From NCBI GenBank assembly GCA_963723195.1, contig CAVRPU010000014.1:151922-215921 (forward strand): 64,000 nucleotides of DNA, written 5' to 3'. The stretch is from an uncultured Actinomycetota bacterium (GTDB lineage: Bacteria > Actinomycetota > Actinomycetes > Propionibacteriales > Nocardioidaceae). Positions 1 to 9,335 of this stretch are shown here, in pieces; the first letter of the stretch is position 1, and every line of letters begins with the position of its first letter. The notes beneath the pieces were generated by a model. The model was given only the letters and a program-made list of their open reading frames with translations, was not told the origin of the DNA and ran no database searches. Made by a program: the position numbers and the translations under genes.

Positions 1-1004
1 TCTTCTTCTCCAGGGACGACAACTGGCTGCTCGCCGCCGTCGCGATCGTGGGCGGCAACATCTGCCTCGGCGCCGCCGGCGTGTTCAACGACGCGATCCT
101 GCCGCTCATCTCCGAGGAGCACGAGCGCGACCGGGTGTCCTCGCGCGGCTGGGCCTGGGGCTACCTGGGTGGCGGCATCCTGCTCACCATCAACCTGGCC
201 GTCTTCACCCTGCACGACAGCCTCGGGCTCACCGAGGGCGAGGCCGCGCGCTGGAGCATGCTGTCGGCCGCGCTGTGGTGGGCAGGCTTCACGTTCATCC
301 CGTTCCTCAAGCTGAGCAGCTATCCGCCCCAGCACGTCGTGCCCGAGACCGGTGGGCTGGTCCGGCAGAGCTTCGGCCAGCTGGGCGCCACCCTGCGCGA
401 CCTGCGCAACTACCCGATGGCGCTGACCTTCCTGGCGGCGTACCTCTTCTTCAACGACGGCATCCAGACCGTGATCGCCTCCGCGTCGGTCTACGGCTCC
501 GAAGAGCTCGGGCACTCCCAGACAGTGCTGATCGCCACGATCCTGCTCGTCCAGTTCGTGGCGTTCTTCGGGGCCCTGCTCTTCGGTCGCGTCGCCGGCA
601 CGTACGGCGCCAAGCGCACCATCCTGGGCGGGCTGGTGATGTGGATGGTGATCGTCACCGTCGCGCTGTTCCTGCCTGCGGGCAACGTGCCGTTCTTCCT
701 GGCCATGGGCGTGGCGATCGGCGTGGTCCTGGGCGGCACGCAGGCGCTGGCGCGGTCGTACTTCTCGCTGCTGATCCCGCGCGGCAAGGAGGCGGAGTAC
801 TTCAGCTTCTACCACGCGATGGACCGCGGCACGTCGTGGTTCGGCACCGCGACGATGGCGATCATGCTGCAGCTCACCGGCTCCTACCGGCCGGCGATCT
901 TCGCGCTGATCGTGTTCTTCGTGCTGGGCGGCTTCCTGCTCAGCAGGGTCGACACCGAGCGCGGCATCCGCGAGGCGGGCAACGACGTCCCCCGCGTGAT
1001 CTGA
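1..1004 (+). CDS. MFS transporter, UMF1/Atg22-like family (5' end outside window)
   Basis: The frame is open from base 3 (FFSRDDNWLLAAVAIVGGNICLG...) to TGA 1002-1004. It has a multi-pass hydrophobic profile and motifs RGWAWGYLGGG, FFNDGIQT and LIPRGKEAEYFSFY typical of UMF1-type MFS permeases. Confidence 0.7.
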   Translation, partial: FFSRDDNWLLAAVAIVGGNICLGAAGVFNDAILPLISEEHERDRVSSRGWAWGYLGGGILLTINLAVFTLHDSLGLTEGEAARWSMLSAALWWAGFTFIPFLKLSSYPPQHVVPETGGLVRQSFGQLGATLRDLRNYPMALTFLAAYLFFNDGIQTVIASASVYGSEELGHSQTVLIATILLVQFVAFFGALLFGRVAGTYGAKRTILGGLVMWMVIVTVALFLPAGNVPFFLAMGVAIGVVLGGTQALARSYFSLLIPRGKEAEYFSFYHAMDRGTSWFGTATMAIMLQLTGSYRPAIFALIVFFVLGGFLLSRVDTERGIREAGNDVPRVI

Positions 1005-1030
1005 GCCGCGTGATCTGAGCCGCGTGATCG
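993..1030 (+). repeat. 14-bp tandem repeat spanning the MFS stop codon
   Basis: cgcgtgatctgagc occurs at 993-1006 and 1007-1020, with partial cgcgtgatcg at 1021-1030. The TGA at 1002-1004 lies in copy 1. Confidence 0.8.
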
Positions 1031-1096
1031 GCACCGACGCGAGGCTGAACGTTTGCTAAGAGTGTGTCCGGGCACGCCCGGAAAGCGAACTTTTCC

Positions 1097-1122
1097 GGAA
1101 TCCGAGACGTCCCACTAACGTT
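1097..1122 (+). promoter_or_regulatory. SigR/SigH-type (ECF, thiol-stress) promoter candidate upstream of rbpA
   Basis: GGAAT (1097-1101), exactly 18 nt, then GTT (1120-1122), in a locally AT-richer stretch about 113 nt upstream of the rbpA start. It matches the GGAAT-N18-GTT SigR consensus, and rbpA is a reported SigR target in Streptomyces. Confidence 0.45.
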
Positions 1123-1234
1123 GAAGCACGTATAGACGTTGTCAAGAGTGACAGGCGCTACCGCGTCATGTTCACCACCCTCGGGCGTCTCATCCTTACG
1201 CACCGGGGAACTCAGTATCAGGAGGTGGCTCCAA

Positions 1235-1618
1235 GTGGCGGAGCGCACACTACGGGGAGCTCGGCTGGGCGGCCAGAGCTTCGAGGACGAGCGCGGCATC
1301 GAGTTCGCCGCGCGTCAGCAGATCGGCTACACGTGTCCGCAGGGGCACGCGTTCGAGATCACCATGTCGGTCGAGGCCGACGTGCCCGCCATCTGGGAGT
1401 GCCCGCGCTGCGGCGCCGAGGCGCCGAACGACAGCGGAGCCCTTCCGGAGCAGAAGGCCGAGAAGCCGGTCCGCACGCACTGGGACATGCTGCTCGAGCG
1501 GCGGTCGGTGAAGGAGCTCGAGGACATCCTCAAGGAGCGTCTCGACCTGCTCCGCGGAGGCGAGATCGGACCCGCGCACCTGCACCGCGCCAACGCGAAG
1601 AAGAGGAAGGTCTCCTAG
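1235..1618 (+). CDS. rbpA: RNA polymerase-binding protein RbpA
   Basis: GTG 1235 is preceded by AGGAGG (1220-1225). The product [60 protein letters not shown]...HWDMLLERRSVKELEDILKERL is RbpA-like. The longer track ORF from 1139 adds a non-conserved extension. Confidence 0.9.
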   Translation: MAERTLRGARLGGQSFEDERGIEFAARQQIGYTCPQGHAFEITMSVEADVPAIWECPRCGAEAPNDSGALPEQKAEKPVRTHWDMLLERRSVKELEDILKERLDLLRGGEIGPAHLHRANAKKRKVS

Positions 1619-2139
1619 GCCTTCTCGTCGTCGTCCACCACCTCACCCCGGACCACGGAGCCACCGGCTCCCGGCCCGGGGTGTTGTGTACTTCGGGGAC
1701 CCGCGCCGGCGGCCCCGGGCATGGCCACGACGACGAGGTGCCGGGTGACGACGCGGGTCAGCATCCGCCGGGCCAGCGGCCGCGTGAACGGCAGGATGAC
1801 GAACAGTCCCACCGCGTCGCTCACGAACCCCGGGGTGAGCATGAGCGTGCCGCCGATCAGGATCAGCGCGGCGTCGGCCAGCTCGCGGGCCGGCATCCGC
1901 CCGGTCTCGAGCGCCCCTGTGAGGCCCGCCCAGGCGCGACGGCCCTCACGTCGGATCAGCCACGAGCCGAGGATCGAGTCGGCGATCAGGAGGGCGATGG
2001 TCCACCAGGCGCCGATGACCTGACCGACCTGGATGAGGACGTAGATCTCGACCAGGGGCACGACGACGAACGCGACGAACAACGCCCAGCCGCCGAGCCT
2101 GCTGCGCCGTCGTGGATGAGGGTGAGGGCCTGTGCTCAT
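1615..2139 (-). CDS. fxsA: FxsA family membrane protein
   Basis: ATG at 2139-2137 overlaps the ppm1 stop (ATGA). The product has FVVVPLVEIYVLIQVGQVIGAWWTIALLIADSILGSWLIRREG...LMLTPGFVSDAVGLFVILPFTRP, typical of FxsA. Confidence 0.85.
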   Translation of the reverse strand: MSTGPHPHPRRRSRLGGWALFVAFVVVPLVEIYVLIQVGQVIGAWWTIALLIADSILGSWLIRREGRRAWAGLTGALETGRMPARELADAALILIGGTLMLTPGFVSDAVGLFVILPFTRPLARRMLTRVVTRHLVVVAMPGAAGAGPRSTQHPGPGAGGSVVRGEVVDDDEKA

Positions 2140-2903
2140 CGGCGCCGCAGCCTCCGGCCCAGACGCCGCACCTGGACCAACCGCTCGCGCAGGCCCCAGG
2201 TGGTGATCCGCTGGAGCGACTCGCGAGCCACCGCTCCGGACATCTTGGAGTCGCCCCGCACGCGCTCGACGAACTCGATGGGCACCTCGGTGACCCTGAG
2301 CCCTGCCTGCAACGTGCGGTAGGCCATGTCGGTCTGGAAGACGTAACCGGTGGACCGCACGGTACGGAGGTCGATCTTCTCCAGCGTGGCTCGGCGGAAG
2401 ACCCGGAACCCGGCCGTGGCGTCCCGGACGGGGATGCCGAGCAGCAGCCGCACGTAGAGGTTGCCACCGCGCGAGAGCGCTTCTCGCTGGAGCGGCCAGT
2501 TGACCACCGAGCCGCCGGGGATCCAGCGCGACCCGATCACCAGGTCGGCGTCGTGGAGCGCGGTCAGGAGCCGGTGCAGCTGCTCGGGCTGGTGGGACCC
2601 GTCGGCATCCATCTCGCCGATCACGTCGTAGCCGGCGTCGAGGGCGACTCCGAAACCATGCCGGTACGCCGCCCCCAGGCCCTCCTTCTGGGCCCGGTGC
2701 ACCACCTTGACCTGAGGGTCGGCCGCGGCGAGCCGGTCGGCGATCGCCCCGGTGCCGTCCGGCGACCCGTCGTCGACCACCAACACGTCGACCTCGGGCC
2801 GCACCTCCCGCAGACGGCCCACGATCCACTCGAGGTTGTCCGCCTCGTTGTAGGTGGGCATGACCATGACGACGCGTCCGAGCGTGCGGTCCGGATCGGT
2901 CAC
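2136..2903 (-). CDS. ppm1: Polyprenol monophosphomannose synthase (GT2)
   Basis: GTG at 2903-2901 overlaps the lnt stop (GTGA). The product has VVMVMPTYNEADNL...VVDDGSPDGTG...GEMDADGSHQP...IGSRW, the dolichol/polyprenol-P-mannose synthase signature. lnt-ppm1 adjacency is as in other actinobacteria. Confidence 0.9.
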   Translation of the reverse strand: MTDPDRTLGRVVMVMPTYNEADNLEWIVGRLREVRPEVDVLVVDDGSPDGTGAIADRLAAADPQVKVVHRAQKEGLGAAYRHGFGVALDAGYDVIGEMDADGSHQPEQLHRLLTALHDADLVIGSRWIPGGSVVNWPLQREALSRGGNLYVRLLLGIPVRDATAGFRVFRRATLEKIDLRTVRSTGYVFQTDMAYRTLQAGLRVTEVPIEFVERVRGDSKMSGAVARESLQRITTWGLRERLVQVRRLGRRLRRR

Positions 2904-4477
2904 GGGTGGTCCTCGTCGGTCGGGGAACGGTCGGCGACGCTGCTCGCCATGACGCGGGCGGCGGGCGGGCGGGCGCCGGTCCGACGATACGGGAGCAGCG
3001 CGGCGAGGAGTGCGCAAACGCTGACGACCAGGCAGGCGAGGCCGAGCAGTGGCCCCACCCGGATGCCCGGCGGCACGTCGGAGGTCAGCGGCACCTGCTC
3101 CACGACGTACCCCTGGGTCCAGCGCTCCAGGACCGACGTCGGCGTGCCGTCGGGCGCGATGATCCCGGTGATCCCGTTGGTCGAGGCGACGGCGACGTGC
3201 CGGCCGGTCTCGATGGCGCGGACGCGAGTGATGTCGAACTGCTGGTCGAGCTGGCTCGTGCGGCTGAACGTCGCGTTGGAGGTCTGGACGACGAGCAGCT
3301 CCGCGCCGGCGCGGAGCTGCGCGTAGATGCCGTCGTCGTAGGCGACGTCGAAGCAGATCGCGTCCGCCACGGGGACCCCGGAGATCATCAGCGGGTCGAC
3401 CCGGGTGCCGGCCTGCATGTCGCGGGCCACCCGCGCGAGCTCGTCGAAGCGGCTGGTGAGCGGGTTGCTGTCGCGCCAGGGGATGTACTCGCCGTAGGGC
3501 ACCGGGTGTCGCTTGGTGTAGCGGTCGGCGGCGCCCGTGACGGGGTTCCAGACGATCCCCTGGTTGAGGATCTCGCCCGGCGTGGGGTCGTCGACGATCG
3601 CGCCGACGAGGATCGGCACGTTGACCGCCTCCACCGCCTCGTGGATCTGCTCGTTGAGCGAGGCGTCGCGGAACGGGTCGAGCGCCGTCGAGTTCTCGGG
3701 CCACAGCACCAGGTCGGGTGCCGGCACCTCCCCTGCCTCCGCATCGGCCGCCAACCGGATCGTGGTGTCGACGTGGTTGCGGGTCACCTGTCGGTGGTCG
3801 TAGAGGATGTCGGTCCCCGGGCCGGGCACGTTGCCCTGCACGGCGGCGACCGTCACCTCGCCGTCCGGTGTTGCCGTGTAGGGCACGAGCACCGGCACCA
3901 GGACCGCCGCGCCGATCGCGAGCGCGCTCCCGGCGACCACCCGGGGGGTGGCCCGGAAACGCAGCACCGCCCAGGCGAGCGTCGTCCCGACCAGCGCGAC
4001 CAGCAGGCTCACGCCGGTCGCCCCGACGTAGGGCAGCGCCGAGGCGAACGGGGTGTCGACGGTGGCGTACGCGAGTCGGCCCCACGGCATGCCGCCGAAC
4101 GGGTACGACGAGCGCCAGACCTCCACGCCGACCCAGAGCGCCGCTGTCCACACCGGCCAGCCCCTCAGCCGGGAGACCGCCGCCACGGCGGCCCCGAGGG
4201 GGGCGAAGAACACCGTCTCGAGCGTGCCCAGGAGGACCCAGGCGTCGTACCCCACCGAGCGCATCCAGAACAGGTGCACGTACATGAACGCGGCGCCGGT
4301 GAGCAGCCCGAGCCAGGCACCGCGGCGCGGGCGCACCTCGTGCAGGGCCAGGGTGAATCCGGCGACGCCGATCGGCAGCAGCAGCGGCAGGTCGTAGGGC
4401 TCGAAGGAGAGGGCCAGGGCGAGTCCCGATGCAACGGCGAGCAGCGCCCGAAGCGATGTCGGCACCCGCATGACCAT
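2900..4477 (-). CDS. lnt: Apolipoprotein N-acyltransferase
   Basis: Multi-TM N-terminus followed by a CN-hydrolase domain (AAVQGNVP...LVLWPENS...GIVWNP...YTKRHPVPYGEYIPW...ICFDVAYD...VVQTSNATF). The likely start is ATG 4477 (MVMRVPTSLR); the track ORF extends to 4576. Confidence 0.85.
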   Translation of the reverse strand: MVMRVPTSLRALLAVASGLALALSFEPYDLPLLLPIGVAGFTLALHEVRPRRGAWLGLLTGAAFMYVHLFWMRSVGYDAWVLLGTLETVFFAPLGAAVAAVSRLRGWPVWTAALWVGVEVWRSSYPFGGMPWGRLAYATVDTPFASALPYVGATGVSLLVALVGTTLAWAVLRFRATPRVVAGSALAIGAAVLVPVLVPYTATPDGEVTVAAVQGNVPGPGTDILYDHRQVTRNHVDTTIRLAADAEAGEVPAPDLVLWPENSTALDPFRDASLNEQIHEAVEAVNVPILVGAIVDDPTPGEILNQGIVWNPVTGAADRYTKRHPVPYGEYIPWRDSNPLTSRFDELARVARDMQAGTRVDPLMISGVPVADAICFDVAYDDGIYAQLRAGAELLVVQTSNATFSRTSQLDQQFDITRVRAIETGRHVAVASTNGITGIIAPDGTPTSVLERWTQGYVVEQVPLTSDVPPGIRVGPLLGLACLVVSVCALLAALLPYRRTGARPPAARVMASSVADRSPTDEDHP

Positions 4478-4876
4478 GGCGGAAGTATCCCTGTCGCGCG
4501 CAAGGAGACGGCGGCGGGACCAGGCCATGCAGGCCCATGGCAGCGCAACGGGAGGGACCGTGACCCTTCGGACCAACCCGGCGCCGACCGGATGCCGACG
4601 GCGGGAAGTTGTCTACGGAGCCCTGGTCCCTCCCGTATCCCCCTTCGTGGGGCGAGACCGGGTCCGCGAACCACGTGGGACAGGTGGGTGGTTCCCCACT
4701 CTCCGACGCAGGCCACTCGGACACCGGTCCCCCGGCCACGATCTGCAGAGGAGGACCCCCGAACCCTCTGCGTCCGCGGTGGTTCCTGTCAACCAGGCGA
4801 TGACCTGCGACAACGCGTAAATCCGCAGGTCACGGCCGGGGCAGCCGAGTCAGATCCGCGTTCAGAATTCTCTCAG

Positions 4877-4907
4877 CGTCGGCGTGTCGCGGCGCGACAC
4901 GCCGACG
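4877..4907 (-). terminator. Perfect 14-bp stem / 3-nt loop hairpin downstream of the kam operon
   Basis: cgtcggcgtgtcgc (4877-4890), ggc, gcgacacgccgacg (4894-4907), located 36 nt after the stop of the last operon gene (4943). There is no U-tract, which is common for GC-rich actinobacterial terminators. Confidence 0.45.
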
Positions 4908-4942
4908 ACTGTGCTAGTCCACTTGGATCGTGCCAAAGCCGA

Positions 4943-5338
4943 TCAGGACGAGGGGGGCGGGACCACGACGGTGCCCGTCGCCGAGGTGGCCAGCAGAGGC
5001 TCGTCGAGGAGCTCCGCGGCGCCTGGCCGCTGCTCGGTCGCCGCTCCCCTGGCGACCACGTGGACGGTGAGGTCCAGGGTGCGACTGCGGGTCCCGACCC
5101 GCGTGAGCGTGCAGGTGATCTCCAGGACGTCGCCCGCCCGGACCGGCTGCAGGAACTGCACGTCGGAGTACGACGCGAACAGCCCCTCGTCGCCGTCGGT
5201 GCGGATGCACATCTCGGTGGCGACGTCACCGAAGAGTCCGAGGGAGTAGGCGCCGTCGACCAGGTTGCCCGCGTAGTGGGCGTGGGAGTACGGCACGTAG
5301 CGGCGGTGCACGACGGTGGTGCCGGCGACGGCGGTCAT
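4943..5338 (-). CDS. Hotdog-fold protein, probable 3-aminobutyryl-CoA ammonia-lyase (Kal-like)
   Basis: 131 aa. The ATG overlaps the kamE stop (ATGA 5335-5338). Size, hotdog-like sequence (HAHYAGNLVDGAYSLGLFGD...VRAGDVLEITCTLTRVG) and position as the last gene of the kam operon match Kal of the lysine fermentation pathway. Confidence 0.55.
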   Translation of the reverse strand: MTAVAGTTVVHRRYVPYSHAHYAGNLVDGAYSLGLFGDVATEMCIRTDGDEGLFASYSDVQFLQPVRAGDVLEITCTLTRVGTRSRTLDLTVHVVARGAATEQRPGAAELLDEPLLATSATGTVVVPPPSS

Positions 5339-6096
5339 GAGGCCTTCCGATCGGTCGTGGTCAGGCGGTGCACGAGGAACGACGCCACCTCGCCCGGAGT
5401 CGTACCCCTGGTGAAGACGCGGTCGACGCCGAGCTCGCCCGCCATCGCCTCGTCGAATCGCGGCCCGCCGACGACCAGCAGGGGACGCTTGCCGGCGGGG
5501 TAGGACTCGCGGAACGCGGCGCTCATCTCGCGGGTGTTGAGCAGGTGGGCGTCGCGCTGGGTGACCACCTGGGAGACCAGCACGGCGTCGGCCTTCTCCT
5601 CGCGCGCCCGCTCGACGAGCTGGGGCACCGAGACCTGGGCGCCGAGGTTGACGACCTTCAGCTCGCGGTAGTACTCCAGCCCCTTCTCCCCCGCGAACCC
5701 CTTGATGTTGAGGATCGCGTCGATGCCGACGGTGTGCGCATCGGTGCCGATGCAGCCGCCCACGACCACGAGCCGGCGACGCAACGCCCGCTTGATCGCG
5801 GCATTGGCCTCCTTCGGCGTCAGCAGCGGGTAGTCGCGCTCGATGACCTCGACCTTGGACACGTCGACGAGATGGTTCACGCGGCCGTAGACGACGAAGA
5901 ACGTGAAGCCCTCGCCCATCGGCTTGCTGTGCACCACGAGTGCGGGGTCCATGCCCATCTTGTTGGCCAGCTGGACGGCGGCGCCGTCGGCGACCTTGGA
6001 CAGGTCGCCGACCGAGGAGATGGGCAGCGTGAAGCTCAGCTGCACCATCCCGTCGCCGGTGGTGTCGCCGTAGGGGCGGACGATGCTGCTGCTCAC
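5335..6096 (-). CDS. kamE: D-lysine/beta-lysine 5,6-aminomutase beta subunit (B12-binding)
   Basis: GTG 6096 is preceded by GAGGAAAG. The product VSSSIVRPYGDTTGDGMVQLSFTLP...VVVGGCIGTDAHTVGIDAILNIKGFAGEKGLE...VLVSQVVTQRD is collinear with Clostridium KamE, including the DxHxxG-type B12 motif. Confidence 0.85.
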   Translation of the reverse strand: MSSSIVRPYGDTTGDGMVQLSFTLPISSVGDLSKVADGAAVQLANKMGMDPALVVHSKPMGEGFTFFVVYGRVNHLVDVSKVEVIERDYPLLTPKEANAAIKRALRRRLVVVGGCIGTDAHTVGIDAILNIKGFAGEKGLEYYRELKVVNLGAQVSVPQLVERAREEKADAVLVSQVVTQRDAHLLNTREMSAAFRESYPAGKRPLLVVGGPRFDEAMAGELGVDRVFTRGTTPGEVASFLVHRLTTTDRKAS

Positions 6097-7768
6097 TGTG
6101 CTCTTTCCTCGAGGTCGTGGGTGGAGGCGGCCGGCTTCCAGGACACGTGGGGTCTCATTTTCACCCAACAGCTCGGTCGCCGGGTTGTAGTAGGCCGACG
6201 ACTTCTTGGCGACGCCGTCGAGGCCGCGGCCCTTGTCCGGCGGGCGCTTCATCAGCCCGAAGGTGCCGTCGGCGATAGCGGCCAGCAGCGGAGGGTCGCC
6301 CGCCTTGTCGGTGTCGTGCGCGATCTCGTCGAGCAGCCCGATCGTGTCGCGGAGGACCTCCTTGGCGCGCTCCTGGATGAATCCCCCCGGCTGGGGATGG
6401 AAGTCCTCGTGCAGGTTGCCCGCGGCGTTCATGACGTAGCGGACGTTCTGCAGGGCCAGGTCGCGGTCGGAGATCCACGGTGTCACCACGGCCTCGGTCA
6501 TCATCCCGACGAGCAGGATGCCCTGGTCGGTCAGCGCCCCGACCAGGTTGAAGAACCCGTCGAGGAGGAAGCCCTTGAAGACGTCGCCGGTCATGTGCCG
6601 GGTCGGCGGCATCCACTTCAGCGGCGCCTTCGGGAACAGGTCGCGGGCGAGCATCGCGTGGGCGAGCTCGAGGCGGAACGAGTCGGGCACGTCGGGGTCG
6701 ATCTCGAAGGCGTGTCCGAGGCCCAGCTGCCAGTCCTCGAGGCCGGCCTCCTTGGCGAAGTACTCGTTGAGCAGCTGGCTGGTCGTGACGGTGTGCGCGG
6801 CCTCGACGGCGTCGGCGGTGGTGAGGTAGTTGTCCTCGCCGGTGTTGATGATGATCCCGGCCCGAGCGTGGATCTGCCGGCTGAACCGCTGGTCGACGAA
6901 GGTGCGGACCGGGTTGATGTCGCGGAAGAGGATCCCGTACATCGAGTCGTTCAGCATCATGTCCAGCCGCTCCAGCCCGGCGAGCGTGGCGATCTCGGGC
7001 ATGCAGAGGCCGGACGCGTAGTTGGTCAGCCGGACGTAGCGGCCGAGCTCGCGGCTGGTCTCGTCGAGCGCCGCGCGCATCAGGCGGAAGTTCTCCTGCG
7101 TCGCGTAGGTGCCGGCGAAGCCCTCGCGGGTGGCGCCCTCGGGGACGTAGTCGAGCAGGCTCTGCCCGGTCGACCGGATCACCGCGATGATGTCGGCGCC
7201 CTCGCGGGCGGCCGCCTGCGCCTGCGGGATGTCCTCGTAGATGTCGCCGGTGGCGACGATCAGGTAGATCCACGGCTTGCGCGGGGCGTCGCCCACCTTC
7301 TTGATCATGCGCTCCCGCTCGACGCGACGGGCGTCGATGCGCTTGATGCCGCGCGCCTACGGCCTTGCGGGCGGCGCTGGCGGCGTACGTCGCCTCGCGC
7401 CCCTCCGGCAGCCGGAAGCGCACGCTGCCCGCCGACGCCTTCTGGGCGAGCGTCAGCAGGTCCTCGGCCTCGCCGCGCCGCAGGGCGTCCCACACCGGCA
7501 GGGCCACCCCGTGGGCGAGCCCCGACGCTGGTCGAGCCGGGTCGAGACCCTCGTGCAGGTCGGCCCGGACGACGTCGACCAGCCGGTTGACCCAGGGAGT
7601 GCCGTCGGCGTCGGCGCCCCCGAGCCCGGCCAGCCGAAGCGTCGCGCGCTCGACGGAGACGGTGGTGTGCTGCTTCGCGAGGCGGACGATGGGCCGTCCG
7701 ACGGTTCGGGCCAGCGCACGGGCGCGCTTGACGTCCGCGGTGGCGAGCTGCAGCTTGCCGACGCTCAT
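6093..7768 (-). pseudogene. kamD: 5,6-aminomutase alpha subunit, needs at least one frame change
   Basis: The N-terminus (ATG 7768, MSVGKLQLATADVKRARALARTVGRPIVRLAKQHTTVSVERA...) is in one frame. From about 7357 the conserved body (GIKRIDARRVERERMIKKVGDAPRKPWIYLIVATGDIYEDI...GTYATQENFRLMR...YYNP) is in another. A TAG at 7359-7357 blocks the second frame upstream. No stop separates the body from kamE in that frame. Confidence 0.8.
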
Positions 7769-9335
7769 GATGACTCTCCGTAGTGGGGATCGGTGTGGAC
7801 GGTGCGACCGTCGACGACGGTCCGTGTGCAGGTGGGAAGCTCGGCCCCGGGGTCGAGCACGGGGAGGCCGGAAGGGTCCGCGGGGTCGGCGCCCGAAGGG
7901 AGGTCCCACACGGCGTACGTCGCCGCGCCGCCGACCGAGAGGGTGCCGCCCACGAGTCCCGCCGCGTGCCAGCCACCGGTGGTGTGGGCGGCGAACGCGA
8001 CGCTCGGGCTCACCCGGAACGCCGGGTTGTGGTGGTGGACGGCTGCCTGGATCGCGCGCCACGGCTCGGGGACGGTGACCGGCGAGTCCGAGCCGAACGC
8101 GAGGACGACCCCGGCACGGTCGAGCGCTCCGAAGGGGTTCATGCCCTCCCAGCGCTCGCCCAGCCGCTCGGCGTACATGCCGTCGGGACCACCCCAGAGG
8201 CCGTCGAACATGGGCTGGACACTGGCGACCACGCCGAGCCGGGCGAACAGTGCGATGGCGTCGGGCGAGGGCATCTCGCAGTGCTCGAGCCGGTGCCGGG
8301 CTGCGCGCACGGCGTCGTCGCCCGACGCGCTCGGCAGCCCGGGCGAAACCCTCCGTCGACCGCGTCGAGAGCCGCGTCGCCGATGCAGTGGAAGCCGCCC
8401 TGGATCCCCAGGCGCGAGCAGCCCACGACGTGGTCGGCGATCTGGCTGTGCGTCGAGGTAGCCGTGGCCGCAGTGCCCGGCCTGGTCGGCGTACGCCGCA
8501 CTCATCGAGGCCGTGCGCGACCCGACCGCGCCGTCGGCCACCAGGTCGCCCGCGAGCCCGGCCACGCCCGAGGCGCTCGACCTTGTCGAACGCGCCGAGC
8601 TCGCCCCAGTAGGCGGTGACGTGGAGACCGCCCTCGGAGGCGGCGCGGCGGACGAGGTCGAGCTCGTACTCCGGGCCGATGTGGGGCGCCGCGTTCTCGT
8701 GGAAGGCCCCGACGCCGATGGCCGCCAGCGCCGCGACCGCCCGCCGCGCGGCGTCGAGTCGCTGCTCCGGGCCGTCGAGGTCGGCCAGCTTGTCGCTGAC
8801 GGTGTGCTTGGCCCGGCGCTCCAGCCGACCGGCTGCCGCCCAGCCCTCCTCGGTGCGGACCTGCGGTGTCTCGGCGAGCAGAGCGTGGCTGACGATCGCG
8901 GAGTGGCCGTCGATCCGCGAGAGGTAGAGCCGCCGACCGGGCGCCACCCGCTCGAGCTCGTCGGCGGTCGGCAGCTCGCGCTCGGGCCAGCGGGTCTCGT
9001 CCCAGCCGGCGCCGATGACCACGGCATCGCCGGGCCGGCTGCCGACGTGCGCGGCCACCCGCGCGAGGAAGTCGTCCTTGTCGGCAGCACGTCGAGAGGT
9101 CGAGCCCGTCGAGCTGGCGGCCGGTCTGCACGAGGTGGAGGTGGCTGTCGACGAACGCAGGGGTCACCAGCCTGCCCTGCAGGTCGACGACCTCGTCGGC
9201 GCCGGCGTAGGCCGCCGCGCCGTCGTCGTCGCCGAGCCAGACGACGCGGTCGCCGTCGGTGGCCAGCGCGCTCACAGCTCCGGGGGCCGGTCCGTCGGCG
9301 GTGAGCACGGAGCCGCCGCGCAGCAGGAGCCTCAC
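7765..9335 (-). pseudogene. Amidohydro_3-type metal-dependent hydrolase, multiply frameshifted
   Basis: Recognisable pieces are spread over three frames. They are MRLLLRGGSVLTADG...LVTPAFVDSHLHL; AAHVGSRPGDAVVIGAGWDETRWPE...LYLSRIDGHSAIVS...GAFHENAAP; THSQIADHVVGCSRLGIQGGFHCIGDAALD; and RLEHCEMPSPDAIALFARLGVVASVQPMF...VLAFGSDSPVT. The start GTG 9335 overlaps the kdd stop, and the stop overlaps the kamD ATG. Confidence 0.75.

Noticed and set aside
1139-1234. N-terminal extension of rbpA from the track ORF start.
   Set aside because: The extension is not RbpA-like. A GTG with an AGGAGG SD at 1235 gives the canonical length.
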